Assembly (NCBI GenBank): GCA_951406725.2
Contig: OX597823.1
Coordinates: 55,614,001-55,678,000 of the forward strand
DNA length: 64,000 nucleotides
Direction: 5' to 3'
Origin: Octopus vulgaris
Taxonomy: Eukaryota
Shown: in pieces, positions 1-14,292 of the stretch
Position numbering within the stretch: the first letter of the stretch is position 1
How the letters are laid out: the number at the start of each line of letters is the position of its first letter
The notes under the pieces: generated by a model
Database searches by the model: none
Seen by the model: only the letters and a program-made list of their open reading frames with translations
What the model was told of the DNA's origin: nothing
Translations under genes and position numbers: made by a program

Positions 1-244
1 AAAATGAAACCTTAGTGTAAAGACTAATTAATTAACAGAGCATTGATTGATATATGAAAAGAAACATTTCTGATGATGAGAAGGAGGAAGAGGAGACAGA
101 ATACAACCGTGTGTGTACATGTGTGTTTGAATATCTGTCCGCTTGTCAGATATGTTCATCTGAGTCATAACTGCGTGCCAATGAGTTTTCATATAAGGGC
201 GGGTGTACCTGTGGATTTGTTTATAAGCTATTTCTTGTATGGGT

Positions 245-880
245 GCAAGTATACGTGTGTGTGAGTACGTGTGCATGCATGTGTCTGCATGTGTGCGTGT
301 GTGGGTGGGTATGCATGTGTTTGTGTGCTAGTGAGTGTGTGTGTCTGCTAGTGTGCGTGGGCGCGTACGTGTCTGTATGTGTGTGTGTGTGCGTGCGTGT
401 GTGTGGGGGACATATGTGTGTATGTGCGTGTGTGTGTGTGGGACGTGCATGTGTGTGTGTATGCATGCGTGTCTGTGCGTGTATGTCTGCCTGTATGTAT
501 ATGTGCGTGCGCGTGCGTATCTGCATGTGTGTGCGTGTGTTCGTGTGTGTATGCTAGTGAGTGTGTGTGGGGGTATGCATGTGTGTGTGGGCGCGTGTCT
601 GTATGTGTGTGTGCTTGCGTGTGTGTGTGGCGACATGCATATGTGTGTGTGTGTGTGTGTGTGCGTGTGTGTGGGGACATGCATGTTTGTGTGTGTGTGT
701 GTGTGCATTCGTGTCTGTGCGTGTATGTCTGCCTGTATGTATATGTGCGTGCGCGTGCGTATCTGCATGTGTGTGCGTGTGTTCGTGTGTGTATGCTAGT
801 GAGTGTGTGTGGGGGTATGCATGTGTGTGTGGGCGCGTGTCTGTATGTGTGTGTGCTTGCGTGTGTGTGTGGCGACATGC

Positions 881-916
<36 letters not shown>

Positions 917-1100
917 GTGTGGGGACATGCATGTTTGTGTGTGTGTGTGTGTGCATTCGTGTCTGTGCGTGTATGTCTGGCTGTATATGTGCGTGCGCGT
1001 GCGTATCTGCATGTGTGTATGTTCGTGTGCGTGTGTATGTGTGTGTGTGTGTGTGTGTGCGTGTGTGTGTGTGAGTGTGCGTGCGCGCGTACGTGCTTGA
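245..1100. repeat. (GT)n-derived minisatellite with ~242-248 bp higher-order unit (~2.3 copies)
   Basis: Block gtgtctgtgcgtgtatgtctg(c/g)ctgtat...gcgtatctgcatgtgtgt recurs at ~468, ~710 and ~958; ORFs ending 557 and 799 have identical C-termini (period 242). Confidence 0.9.
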
Positions 1101-1190
1101 GTGTAAATGGACATAGGCCTGAAGAAGTGAGTAAGAGTTTTGCTTCTTTTAAATTATTTTAAATCTCTGGCTGAAATAAATAAATAATAT

Positions 1191-1421
1191 ATTTATTTAC
1201 TACCCACATGGGGCTAAACACAGAGAGGACAAATAAGGACAGACAAACGGATTAGTCGATTATATCGACCCCAGTGCGTAACTGGTACTTATTTAATCGA
1301 CCCCGAAAGGATGAAAGGCAAAGTCGACCTCGGCGGAATTTGAACTCAGAACGTAGCGGCGGACGAAATACTGCTAAGCATTTCGCCCGGCGTGCTAACG
1401 ATTCTGCCAGCTTGTTGCCTT
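1191..1421 (-). mobile_element. tRNA-derived SINE family A, tail type 1
   Basis: Minus strand: A-box-like TGGCAGAATCGTTAG, B-box GAGTTCAAATTCC, central gccgaggtcgactttgcctttcatcctttcggggtcgat...aagtaccag; ~15 copies in the window. Confidence 0.9.
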
Positions 1422-2024
1422 GATAAATGAATAATAAACAAATAAAACTACGGGGCAGTTTGGTGAAGTATATTTGCCATAAACACAACTTTATTTTCAG
1501 CCCAAGCCCCACAAGTGAAATAGGTTTGGTGGAAACAGTGGAAAATCTTCTGATGATTTTATTATGACAAATTTTAGGAGTGGAAAATGTAGCGTATGAT
1601 TTTGGTCAACAATAACATCGATAGCAACTATGCCTGTTTAACATTCGTTTAAAATCCAGAATAGATTTTAAATCCATGATTAGAAGACCACGCTTTTGGA
1701 CAAAAACGATAATAGTGTTCCATTGGTGCCATCGGAAGTGTATGCATACAAGCATTCGGTTCTGGTCTTCTGATATATGAATTTTCATGGATGACAAACC
1801 CGAAATGTAAAAGTATAATGGAAGCAAAGACTGCACAAGTGAGATTATCATTGGATCGTCTATCATACAGTTTTTGTTCAAACGACTGCCTAGCAATATC
1901 ACGGGCTCTCAGAAATTACGAATTGGTGTCCGGCGTGCTGGAAGACCGCTGTGAGTGAGGTATCCCTTAGCTTTTGTTAAAGCATGTCTTTAGGAAAGGT
2001 CATTCCGATATCAACTAGATTATG

Positions 2025-2275
2025 CAGTCGTGGTCAAAAGTTTGGAGCATAGGTCTGAAAATTAGAATTTTTATATTAAATGCCCAAATTTATATTTAAT
2101 TTGCAATATATTATAACTTGGCCAAAAGTTCGGAATATAGGTCTGAAAATTAGAATATTTATCTTAATTTTATCAGTTATCAGGTAAGTATAACTCTACG
2201 TTGTATACATTTGAATTTGTACTTGGACCTAACAATTTTAATTTTTAAAAAATTCCAAACTTTTGGCCAGGACAG
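2025..2275. mobile_element. Tc1/mariner-type MITE
   Basis: Imperfect TIRs cagtcgtggtcaaaagtttgga / tccaaacttttggccaggacag followed by TA; internal ~50-bp duplication of the left end at ~2119-2169. Confidence 0.7.
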
Positions 2276-4365
2276 TATGCACAGAAAGCCAGTGATGGCG
2301 TTCCCATATCCCTGAGATAGCGACCCATATTGATATAGGATATCTTACCCCATATTGGTCTCTGGATTATGTTGTAGTAGTCTATGTAGCTAAATAGTTG
2401 AATGATCTCCCTTGCAAGAAGGTTTATAGAGTAAACTCCCTTTACTCAGCTTCTCGAAGCATCTGCGTCATGAGGTATGATTCTCAATTATTCAAGAAGC
2501 TTAGTGTTTCTCTTGGTAGTTTCTAGAATGTCTAGCTTTCCATTAATAAAAACGGCTTGCTAACCCTGCTCTTCGCTTCTTAGTCGATTAGACTTAGAGC
2601 CATTCATGTCACTGCTATGTCCGTCTTTTTCTCTATGCCACATGACCGATAGCCACCACTTAGCTGTTATTTCTATATTTCCTGTCTCTGAATTTTCTTG
2701 CATAGATTACTTCATTCAACTAGATTCTACATTTTGATTATATATCATCATCGACTAGTAAATAAGATATATTTTTATGTAGTAAATATATAGTTCTTCA
2801 TCTCTATATGAACTCTTGTAATAATATACACGCAGCCACATCAACACCCGGTACTGAATATATATTCCCACTACATTGTCAATTGGGTGGAGAGTATCTG
2901 TGAAGTGCTGTGCAAGCCTTACTGGTGCTAAAATTTTAGATTGTACAATCGCCGGCGAGACATCTATTTGATGGCCGCTTGAGTAAGAAGGGCGCCGCGG
3001 TGAGCATGGAAACTGCGGACGCGAACTAGGATGAAGCTGACTGTTGGTGCATTAAGCTCATGCATGGGCAGTGGTCAGTGTTGGTCTCCATCGGTGACAA
3101 GTGGTCAGCCATCATATAAAGATTTACCCTTGTCACACTTTGGTCCTACCTGAGGATTTACAATAATGGTATTGGTGTCTGTGAGATACTCAGCCATGTA
3201 CACCATAAGTCAATGAATAAGCATGTCAGTATGCTAAACAATTCTCCGTGGAATACTCTTCGCCGAAAGCATCGTAGGATAATCTTTCCTTCATGATGAT
3301 GAAGATGACGAGGAGGTAGAGGATTACTATCCTCCCCCTCCTCCTCCTCCATCATCATCATCATCATGTTCTTCGTGAATATGTGTTTTGTGTATATGTA
3401 CTTATGTATGCGAGCATGCGCGTTTGTGTGCCCGCGCACGTATGTGTGCACGTTTAAAAGTCGTAGAAGAATCGTCGGAGAAAAAAAACGGTGAGAAAAT
3501 AATGAAGAGTGAATGAGAAATAAAATAATGAGTACGATGATGATGTTGATGATGACGACGATGATGATGATGATGATGATGATGAGGAGGAGGAGGATGA
3601 TGATGATGATGATTTTCTTCTTATTCGGTTTTTCTTTCCTATCAGAAATAAGATTTCAAATGAAACATTTCTTAAAATGTAATCTAGAGTTAAATTTGAC
3701 GAAATGAAAATAAAGAAGCAGTTTTTTTTTTTGTAAATGGAAGCTGGAGTAAAATTTTGACGAAAATGAGAATCAAGTCTGAAGATAATTAGTTTGCTCG
3801 TGGAATCGATAAAATTATAGAAATTACAGAGAAATGAAGATGGTTTAAACAAAATAATATATAGATATTCGAGATGAGCGAAGAAAAAAATAAGTATGCA
3901 TGCACGCATACAGGCACGCATACACATGTGTGTGTGTGTGTATGTGAATTCTTGTGAAACCTCTTAACCTTTAGGTTATATATGCATACTTACAAACACA
4001 CACACATACAAACACACATATACAAACACACAAATGCAAACACACATCTACATATATATATGCAGTTAGTGCATTACAGATTTTTGAATGATGAACAAAT
4101 GACAGATGAGAAATTACATTTCAGAATCGTGACAACAATTTATGCAGCTTTATTTACATACATACATGTATACATACACACATACATTCATGCATTCATA
4201 CCCATCGAAACACACACACACAAACATGCTTACTCCCATACACACAGATTCGTGCGCATATACATATATATTGGAACATTTTGAACAAAGCCTCCCTATG
4301 GCAAATTTGTAAAGTTAGTGCTAATTTTTTTTGTGAAATAGAAAAATATATAATATCTATAATAT

Positions 4366-4368
<3 letters not shown>

Positions 4369-4457
<89 letters not shown>

Positions 4458-4548
4458 TGTATGTATGTATGTATGTATATCTATATATATGTGTATGTAT
4501 GTATGTATGTATGTATGTATGTATGTATGTATGTATGTATGTATATGT
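4369..4548. repeat. (TA)n/(TATG)n compound microsatellite
   Basis: Directly visible. Confidence 0.95.
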
Positions 4549-4712
4549 ATTCTATTCTATATTTCCTGTTGATTTCTCCTTCAGATAATGCTTCAGCAGG
4601 AATTACGTATATGAAGGGAGCTTATGTTATTTCATTTAAAAGTTCTATTAGAACTTGCGAGATGTTTCATCTAGAAAACACCAAACCTTCTTGTAGAACC
4701 ATAATTTTAAAC

Positions 4713-4787
<75 letters not shown>

Positions 4788-4966
4788 ACGATACAACCAG
4801 ATGATTTTCTTTGTTTATTTCAAGCTGTTTTCTGAAGGAAAACATCTTCGATGTAGTAAGTAAACTTTGAATATGGTGTGTGCATTAGCGAGAGATTTTC
4901 AGGTCCATATCTTTATTACAATAGTGTGACACATTCATCTGTTATAATCTTTTCTTATCATTGCTC

Positions 4967-5167
4967 GCTGGCAGAATCGTTAGCACGCTTGGGAAAACGC
5001 TTAGCGGCATTTCGTGTCTTTACGTTCTGTGTTCGAATTCCATCAAGGTTGATTTTGTCTTTTATCTTTTCGGGGTCGATAAAATAAGTACTACCTGAAC
5101 ACTGGAGTCAGTGTAATCGACTTACCCCTTCCCCAAATTTCAGGTCTTGTGTCTATAGTAGAAAGGA
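4967..5167 (+). mobile_element. SINE family A, tail type 2
   Basis: gctggcagaatcgttagc head, gtgttcgaattcc B-box, central domain, tail aaatttcaggtcttgtgtctatagtagaaagg. Confidence 0.85.
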
Positions 5168-5185
5168 CTATTAAATTATTGTATC

Positions 5186-5396
5186 GCGGTGAGCTGGCAG
5201 AATCGTTTGCACACTGGGTAAAATGCTTAGCCGCATTTCGTGCGTCATTACGTTCTGAGTTCAAATTCCGTCGAGGTCGATTTTGTTTTTTATTCTCTCT
5301 GGATCGATAAAATAAGTACCAGCTGAACACAGGGGTCGATGTAATCAACTTACCCCCTCCCCCGAAATTGCTAGCCTTATGTCAAAATTTGAAACC
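5186..5396 (+). mobile_element. SINE family A, tail type 3
   Basis: gcggtgagctggcagaatcg head, gagttcaaattcc, central domain, tail aaattgctagccttatgtcaaaatttgaaacc. Confidence 0.85.
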
Positions 5397-6496
5397 TGTT
5401 ACATGATATTCCTGTGGTTTTAAGTGTTAATTTTTATTCCACTTAAACGTGGATGTTCTATTAGAACAAACTATACTGCTGTAGATACCATGAGAGAAAC
5501 TAATGCACACTTGTTTACCTCGCCAACGGGGAGATAAATTGCTGCCACCTCCAGCGCCGAGACCACAAGATCACGTGGTTTCGACCTTCCTTAGTTTTAT
5601 CAATGATGGACGCTCGGCTGCTAGAAGTCGTAGTAACTAGAGGTAGCAGCAGTTATAATGTGTATTTTCAATAAGACGACAGGTTCTCCACTATATGTTG
5701 CTGTTAGTGTTAACAATCAGATAATTGGTACGTCCTTTTTTTCAAAACACCGAACCAGTTTATAGCAAAAGCAAAGTCAATTATATTTAATAGCATATGA
5801 TTTTTCCCGAGTTTTCGGAAAGAAAAAAGGCGAGGAATTGTAAGAAAATTCGTCGTTAATTTATATAAATATATTTATTTCTGTAGTGAATGAAATGTTT
5901 TTGAAAGCTTTTGTTATCATAATTAGTGAAAATGTCAGTGAACAGCATTTCGTGTTTACAAACTATCGATATCAAAAGAGTTAAATGACTCCAAGCCATT
6001 GTCATATTGTTGGATTAAAGACTATTGAAGTTCTCATTTCAGTATATTTTCATATCATTTATAACTATATAATGAAATTTTTCAATAAACAAAATAAATC
6101 TGTACTGCAGCAGATCAAATTTATGAAAACGTTGTTTTGAATCAAGAGATGAAAGAACGCTGTTTTCTTATTTTCATTATGGACCACATTAGACTGTCGT
6201 TGACTAATTTAGATATTTTCTTTGACCTGTATGACCCGAGTTGTTAATACTGAGTAATACAAAGTATATTAAATTCTACGTCTAAGTTAGGATAATTTAA
6301 GAATATTAAAGGAAATATATTGAAAAAAATCAATACAGGTAAGTCAAACGTTAATCAGATTCATACATATGAATAACGAAATATCTTAGTCTAAGAGAAA
6401 CATGCTTTCACATTTGTGATTTCATTGAGCAATTAATTCCACTTTACTGGGCTTAGTTTAAACACAAATATCGCCTTCAGGACCGTATAAAGTAAA

Positions 6497-6660
6497 GTAG
6501 GGGTCCCGAAATACCAGGCCGAGAATAATTCGGTCCCGGGCCGTACAGAGAAAAATTTTTTATTGGCTATCGCAGTCCTCATGGTGATTCTCTCTGTCCG
6601 TGGAAAAATTGCTTTGCATGAAATCGGTACTCGGCGCAAAAAAAGATCGGGAATAGTTGT
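6497..6660. mobile_element. Decayed hAT (Charlie/MER1-like) MITE
   Basis: gtccgtggaaaaattgctttgcatgaaatcggtactcggcgcaaaaaaagatcgggaa resembles a Charlie-type right terminus; left end taggggtcccgaaa. Confidence 0.45.
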
Positions 6661-6971
6661 TATTAGGTATTTGGTTTATTGTTGACATCGTAGTCAATTA
6701 TGAGTGGCACAGAGAAGAATAAGAAGAATGGCAACTGAGAGAAAAAGAGACTAATTGTCAATTGCTGATCAATGTACGGAAGTAATTCCACCGACCCAAA
6801 AGATTCTTCAAACAGGAGTGAGAAGAAATGGAGGGGTTTCCAATTCCAAATGTTCAGACTACACTGAATGGAAATAGAAGTGCTAGCAACTTATCAGGTG
6901 ATCACCACTCCAAAGGGGAAAAATGCAAATTTTCTGGAAAAAAAAATGCTATACATGTGGTTCGCCTATGC

Positions 6972-7224
6972 CAGTGTTTCTTAACCATTTTTCATGTATG
7001 GACCCCTTTGGTTCGTGTTTTACTCGGATGGTCCCCCTTAACCATTCGATGTCGAAAAATCTTGTATTATTTTTATGATTAAATATTGTTAGGAATTGTA
7101 TAATAAAATCACTAAAATGTTTTGTGTATTGTGAAAGTATAACCAATTTAGAGCACGTAATTTTAACAACAAAATCTTATATTGACCCCCAAAAGGCCAT
7201 ATGGACCCTGGTTGGGAACCACTG
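6972..7224. mobile_element. hAT-type MITE
   Basis: TIRs cagtgtttcttaacc / ggttgggaaccactg with subterminal tggaccc motifs; related to copies at 44600 and 47756. Confidence 0.7.
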
Positions 7225-7915
7225 ATGTTATGCTATGTTTAGAGACACTGTGTTATATAGACCAATCCTGTTAGAGATGGTCAATGACTTAGTAGAGAAT
7301 GTGAACTGAAAAGAATTCAACTCTACAAGGGGTGTATTGTCTTATTACAAAGTAAGATAGTGTCTCAAATTGAAGACGTTCAGGGACGAGAAGAAAGCTC
7401 CTGGTCTAATTTCCGCCGAAATGTGGAATCATACAGCATTACTTAAAACTCTACAAATCTATAGACCCGGTAATGTCAACAATACATAGAAAACTGGGTT
7501 GCGATACAGAACCTTTCAAGATGGTACCATAACCAAAGGGGTTGAGAAAACGAAGTAAGACAAGAAACTAAGAATAATGGTGGGCTCCCGGCATGTCAGA
7601 AATTGACAAAATAAAGTTATTATTGGGAAGAGTAAATTCCCGATCGTACTTAGCTTTTCATTTCTTATTTTTTCCTTTCTTACTCCCACATCTCTTTCTA
7701 GCTTTATCTTCCTCTCTGTTTTCACTACTTTCCTCAGACATTTTAGTATGAGAACCATCATCACTTTCACCTCTGCCATTCACCATTAGCATATCTTCTT
7801 TTCTCCATTTTTCTATGGTTTTCTCTATTTCTGTATTATTTTTTCTCATATTCTCTCCCTCTCTCTCTCTGCTTATATATTCATATTTTCCCTATTTCCG
7901 CCTCTCTATTTCTTT

Positions 7916-7917
<2 letters not shown>

Positions 7918-7951
<34 letters not shown>

Positions 7952-7990
7952 TTTCTCTCTACTGACAATCTCTCTATTTTCTCCCAACTT

Positions 7991-8027
<37 letters not shown>

Positions 8028-8050
8028 CATCCATCCATCCATCCATCCCT

Positions 8051-8149
<99 letters not shown>

Positions 8150-8205
8150 CATCCATCCATCCATCCATCCATCCATCTATCTATCTATCTATCTATCTAT
8201 CTATA

Positions 8206-8247
<42 letters not shown>

Positions 8248-8270
8248 CCTATCTATTTATCTATCTATCT
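7918..8270. repeat. (CT)n/(CTAT)n/(CCAT)n compound microsatellite
   Basis: Directly visible. Confidence 0.95.
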
Positions 8271-8554
8271 ATTTTACTACTTTTCTCCCTACTCCCTTCT
8301 GTATCTTTTTCATTCACCATTATCAACACCACTGTCACCACTCCACCATAACTATATATTTCTTACTCTATTTGAGTTAGTTTCCATAGCGCAATAGGTA
8401 GGAACATAATATTGCATTAATATACGGATTATTTTTGACTTAGGCCTAAGGTTGCATATTTTGAAGGCAGAGCATTGTCGAATATATCAGCTCCATTAAC
8501 TAACTAGAATATAGCTTTCTAAAGACACGCAAGTAAAATATTAATAATGAAAAC

Positions 8555-8762
8555 CCTTCCTACCATAGTTACAAAGCCTGAAATTTGTGGGAGGGGATAT
8601 ATGATTATATCGACCCAGTACGCAATTGGTACTTAGTTTATCGACCCCGAAAGGACAAAAGTATAGTCGGCCTTGACGGAAATTGAACTTAGAACGTAAG
8701 GACGGACGAAATGCTTCTAAGCATTTTGCCCGGTGTGCTAACGATTCTGCCAACTCGCCCTC
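8555..8762 (-). mobile_element. SINE family A, tail type 2
   Basis: Homologous to the other family A copies. Confidence 0.85.
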
Positions 8763-8768
8763 TGAATG

Positions 8769-8821
<53 letters not shown>

Positions 8822-9462
8822 GACAACAACAACAACAACGTTTCTTAGGTCCCGCGAAAATGTTACATTTTATAAATGTTCTTATTTCTAATTTGATTAA
8901 TAAAATTATAGGCTTATGATAACGATATCGATTTTTTTCTATGCCGTTCCATAGTTAAGGCTTTTGAAAGCATAAACATTCTATAGCTAAAGCCCTTTCA
9001 ACGCATAACAATCGAACTTGTTTCATTTTCAATTATATCCTTGATTTCGTTCCATAATTAAAGTCCTTAAAACGTATCTCTCGACAGAGTCAGAATAACA
9101 TTATATATGATTAGATGATGATGACGACGACGACGATGATGATGATGACGATGATGACGATGGTGACGATGATAACGACGACGGCGACGAGAAGAAGGAG
9201 GTGGCGACGAAGAAGGAAGTGGCAGCGGAGGAGGAGGAGGAGGAGGTGGTGGTGGTGATTGTTTGACAGAACTCTAGAAAAATCATAGTAGAAGGATTCG
9301 AATCTACATTCCGTTCATGCATTACTAAATAGCGTTCAGCAGTTTCGGTGAAGCGAAGTGAAAAAATGGATAGGTATGAAGCCAGAGTATTTTAATGGAA
9401 TCCAGGGGAAATTAGGAAAGTAATGAGTGTAAATAGACACTAACGAGTGCATGTGTACAAAT

Positions 9463-9508
9463 ATATATATGCAAATATATACATACATACATATACATAC
9501 ATACATAC

Positions 9509-9543
<35 letters not shown>

Positions 9544-9743
9544 TGTATGTATGTATGTATGTATGTATGTATGTGTGTATGTATGTATATATATGTATGT
9601 ATTTATATATATGTATGTACGTGTATGTATGTATGTATGTATATATATATAAATATAAATATATAGTTTATCTAAGTTTATCTTATATATATGTATGTAT
9701 GTGTGTGTATATATATATATGTATGTATATATATATATGTATG

Positions 9744-9809
<66 letters not shown>

Positions 9810-9859
9810 TATATATATACATATATATATATATGTATGTACGTGTATATATATATATG

Positions 9860-9900
<41 letters not shown>
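9463..9900. repeat. (TACA)n/(TATG)n/(TA)n microsatellite tract
   Basis: Directly visible. Confidence 0.95.
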
Positions 9901-9902
<2 letters not shown>

Positions 9903-10171
9903 TATAGCATTTCTGTTCACAATTTTTTTAATTTGTCGGGATTTTCCCAACATTTTCCTTTGTTTTAATTTTTAATTGTTTTCATCGCTAAATTATTATT
10001 AGTATTATTTTTAAATTCATCACTAGTTTTCTTTGCTTTTTTGTTTTTAGTTTAAAAATTTCTACATGTTTTTTTGTTTTCTTTTTTGTGTGTGTGTGAG
10101 AATGTTCTACTTGTTCTTAATTAGATTTGATTTATCATTGATTAACCCAGGTTTGAAACGTCAAACATATC

Positions 10172-10447
10172 TTTTATATTTTACTTCTTTCAATCATTGG
10201 ACTGCGGCCATGCTGGGACACCGCCTTGAAAGGGGTTTTTTTTTTGTCGAACGAATCAACCCCAGCATTTAATTTTTTATGCCTGGTACTTATTCTATCG
10301 GTCTCTTTAGCCGAACCGCTAAAGTACGGAAACATAAACACACAAACACTGGTTGTCAATCGGTAGTAGGAGACAAACACACACGCAAAAACACAAACAC
10401 ATAGACATGTAGACACACACACACACACACACATATATATATCTATA

Positions 10448-10520
<73 letters not shown>

Positions 10521-10677
10521 TTTATATATATACGGCGGGTGTCTTTCAATTTCTGACTCCCACATCCACTCGCACGGCTTTGGTCAGCTTGAGTCTCTAG
10601 TAGAAGTCACTTCCCCAAGGTGTCACACTGTGGGACTGAACCAAGAACCGTGTGGTTGGGAGCGAAACGTACTACCA
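10172..10677 (-). mobile_element. tRNA-derived SINE family B (CORE-like) with expanded internal (CA)n(TA)n tract
   Basis: Homologous to 14293-14687; minus strand reads ggttcagtcccacagtgtgacaccttggggaagtgacttctac. Confidence 0.8.
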
Positions 10678-11263
10678 GGAAGAATACTCGCTCCTTTGAG
10701 AGCGAAAAATAAATTTTTAATGCCAAATACCCCCCAAAGGATTGGAACCTATGTCCTCTCTCCTCTTCGATGACTCGTTTTTTTGTTTATTTCTTTGGAG
10801 GAGATTGGGTTGTGCGGGATAGCAATGTCATGTAAAATATTTCCTTGCCATAATATACCGTTTCCAAATTAGCGGTATTACAACTAACACGCACCGAAAT
10901 TTTGTGAACGATTTGTTTTTTTCTAAAATGCTTGTACATGCGCAGTTTGTGTACAGCTTGCGTGTTTTCAATTGACTTCGACTCGATTAAATCGTGTTTC
11001 TATTTTCTGTTCATTAAAATTTCACGCCTGTTACAACACATGGATATTATGCTTTCATTTCCTTCTCATTTACCCCTTAACAAATCTCTACTTTCCGCCA
11101 TTTTTTACGCAAGAATCTTTTTCTAACTTACTAGCTCTCTTTCTTTATTTCTCTCTCTCTCTCTCCCCCCTCTCTCTTTTCTGTCTCTCTTTATATATCA
11201 AGCAATCTCTCAATTTGTCGATCTTCAATTTTCTAATCTTTGTCAATTGTTCATTCGATTGTA

Positions 11264-11329
<66 letters not shown>

Positions 11330-11474
11330 TTCTGACACTCCTCTTCACCTCTCTTCTTAATTCGAACCAGGCTATCTATCTATATATCTATCTATCTATA
11401 TATCTATCTATTTTTTTTTTCTATCTATAAATCAATTTAACTATCTGCCTCTCTAATTCTATCTATGAAACCAT

Positions 11475-12127
<653 letters not shown>

Positions 12128-12130
<3 letters not shown>

Positions 12131-13698
12131 GCTGCTGGACCTGATGGATTCCCAGCGATCCTTCTCAAATCGTGCAAACGAGCCCTTGCAAAACCGCTAC
12201 AGCTTCTTTTTCAGAGCTTTCTTGCAAGTGGTAAGCTCCCAGTCAAACTGAAAGAGGGGTAATATGCCCTATCCATAAGGGAGGTAGCAGAGCAGATGCT
12301 AAAAATTATAGGCCTATCTCTCTGACCTCACACATCAGCAAAGTCATGGAACGAATAGCCCGTAAGAAACTAATCATGTTCCTTGAAGAAAATGACTTAC
12401 TGTCTGACACCCAGCATGGATTTCGACCAGGTAGAGGCTGCCTAACACAGCTCCTGCAACACTATGACTGAGTGTTGAAACAGCTACTAAATGGCTCAAA
12501 TGTGGATGTAATATATCTTGACTTTGCAAAAGCCTTTGATAAAGTCGACCATGGTATGATCTGTCACAAACTGCGTGGTCTCGGCATAGGCGGGAAACTT
12601 GGAGAGTGGCTGCACAACTTCCTAAAAGACAGAAAACAGGCAGTTGTGAGCAATGGAGCCACCTCCAGGGAAACGCAAATAACAAGCGGTGTCCCACAGG
12701 GCACTGTCTTGGGGCCACTGATGTTCATAGTGGCCCTTTCAGACATGCCTTCAGTTGCTACGATGACCACCCTTGCTAGCTATGCAGATGACACAAAAGT
12801 CTCCCACGCAATACAAAACCCTGAAAATATTGCGCATCTGCAACATGAGCTGGACACAATATACAGGTGGGCTGAGGACAACAACATGCAGTTTAATGCA
12901 GGTAAGTTCCAGGCCCTGCGCTACTGGCACACAAAGGTAAATGACGTGAAGACTGGATACACTGGCCCAGGAAGAATTGCAATCCCTGAGTCAAAATCAG
13001 TGCGTGACCTGGGCATTGACATGAGCAATGATGCATCTTTCCAAATGCATATTGCTAATCTGGTGATAAAATGCAGACGGCTAGCTGGATGGATTCTCCG
13101 AACTTTCAGAACAAGAGAGAAGGAGACACTGATGGTCCTATGGAAAACATTTGTCCTCAGCCGCTTGGACTACTGCTCCCAACTTTGGTCACCACACAAT
13201 ATAAAACAAACAGCAGAACTCGAAGCAACTCAGAGAAGCTACACAATGAAAATCGTCTCAATGCAAAATGTCAGCTACTGGGAAAGACTGAAGGTATTAA
13301 ACCTCTTCTCCCTGGAGCGGAGGCGGGAGAGATATGCAGTGATATACATCTGGAAAATCCTGGAGGGTCTTGTCCCAAACTTTGGCATTCAAAGTTACTC
13401 CAACCGCAGAACGGGGCGCCGCTGCGTGGTGCCAAGGATTCCAACATCACCATCAAAATACAGGTCCAGATACTGCAACAGCTTGGGTTTCAGAGGACCA
13501 CAGCTCTTTAACATCCTCCCTAAATGCCTGAGAGACTTACATGGTGTGGATGTGGGTTTCTTTAAAACTAAACTGGATCTCTTCTTGTTGGGAGTCCCAG
13601 ATGAACCTACCTCACGACAGGAGACACGGATGCGGGCAGCAGCATCGAACTCCCTAGTTGATCAAGTGCCACGTATCAGAGGTGGATTCACAAACTAG
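12128..13698 (+). pseudogene. Reverse transcriptase (LINE ORF2) pseudogene
   Basis: 1-bp deletion at ~12259 (KEG/VICP) and TGA at 12469-12471; the remainder 12472-13698 is open (408 aa). Confidence 0.9.
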
Positions 13699-13784
13699 TG
13701 TAGCTCATTCAGCGGTGGTGCCCCAGCATGGCCGCGGCCTTCGGGCTAAAACATTTTAAAGGATTTTTTAAGGATTTTAAGGAT
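12128..13784 (+). mobile_element. 5'-truncated CR1-group non-LTR retrotransposon (ORF2 RT and C-terminus, short 3'UTR, aaggatttt-repeat tail)
   Basis: [78 protein letters not shown]; tail aaggatttttt-aaggatttt-aaggat. Confidence 0.92.
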
Positions 13785-14221
13785 ATAATACATATAATAT
13801 GTATAATATATATATATTGTATGTGTGTGTATGCATATGTATATATAAGCGTTTATTTACTTATTTATCAATCTACCATATATCTAATTATTTATTCAGC
13901 TAACCGTTCATATCTCTTTATCTCTTTTTACATTTATCACGCTATGTAAGTCAGTCACATTTTTCTTCACACTATTCCGTTTGCATACATAATATTTCTT
14001 CCATTCACATTTTTTGTCTTTCACTCACCCGCTGTTTCTATTTCATACACACTTTCATTTCCCTACATCATAGTTTCACATGTCACTATCTTCCATTACA
14101 CCGAGACTCATACTTTTGATTACGTCACTCTGTTGTATTCTGTCACACTTTCTCATAGTATTTCTCCCTCTCTCACTGTCTCTCTCTGTTTTCGCCTCTT
14201 TTTTTTTGTAAGTTCTTCCCC

Positions 14222-14286
<65 letters not shown>

Positions 14287-14292
14287 CCACAT

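Noticed and set aside
28-1162. Many overlapping ORFs (VCVC/HTHT) and similar YIYI, poly-K/S/N/M ORFs across the window
   Set aside because: They are translations of microsatellites that lack stop codons in some frames; no domain content.
1520-1910. Possible piggyBac transposase remnant (KPEM..KYN.SK-like)
   Set aside because: Only a few residues across broken frames; needs a translated HMM search.
2830-3160. GC-richer unique block, possible exon or LTR-retrotransposon RNase H remnant (TDHCP on the minus strand)
   Set aside because: No sustained ORF, convincing splice pair or second motif.
7240-7560. Possible old LINE 3' remnant
   Set aside because: No motif could be read with confidence.
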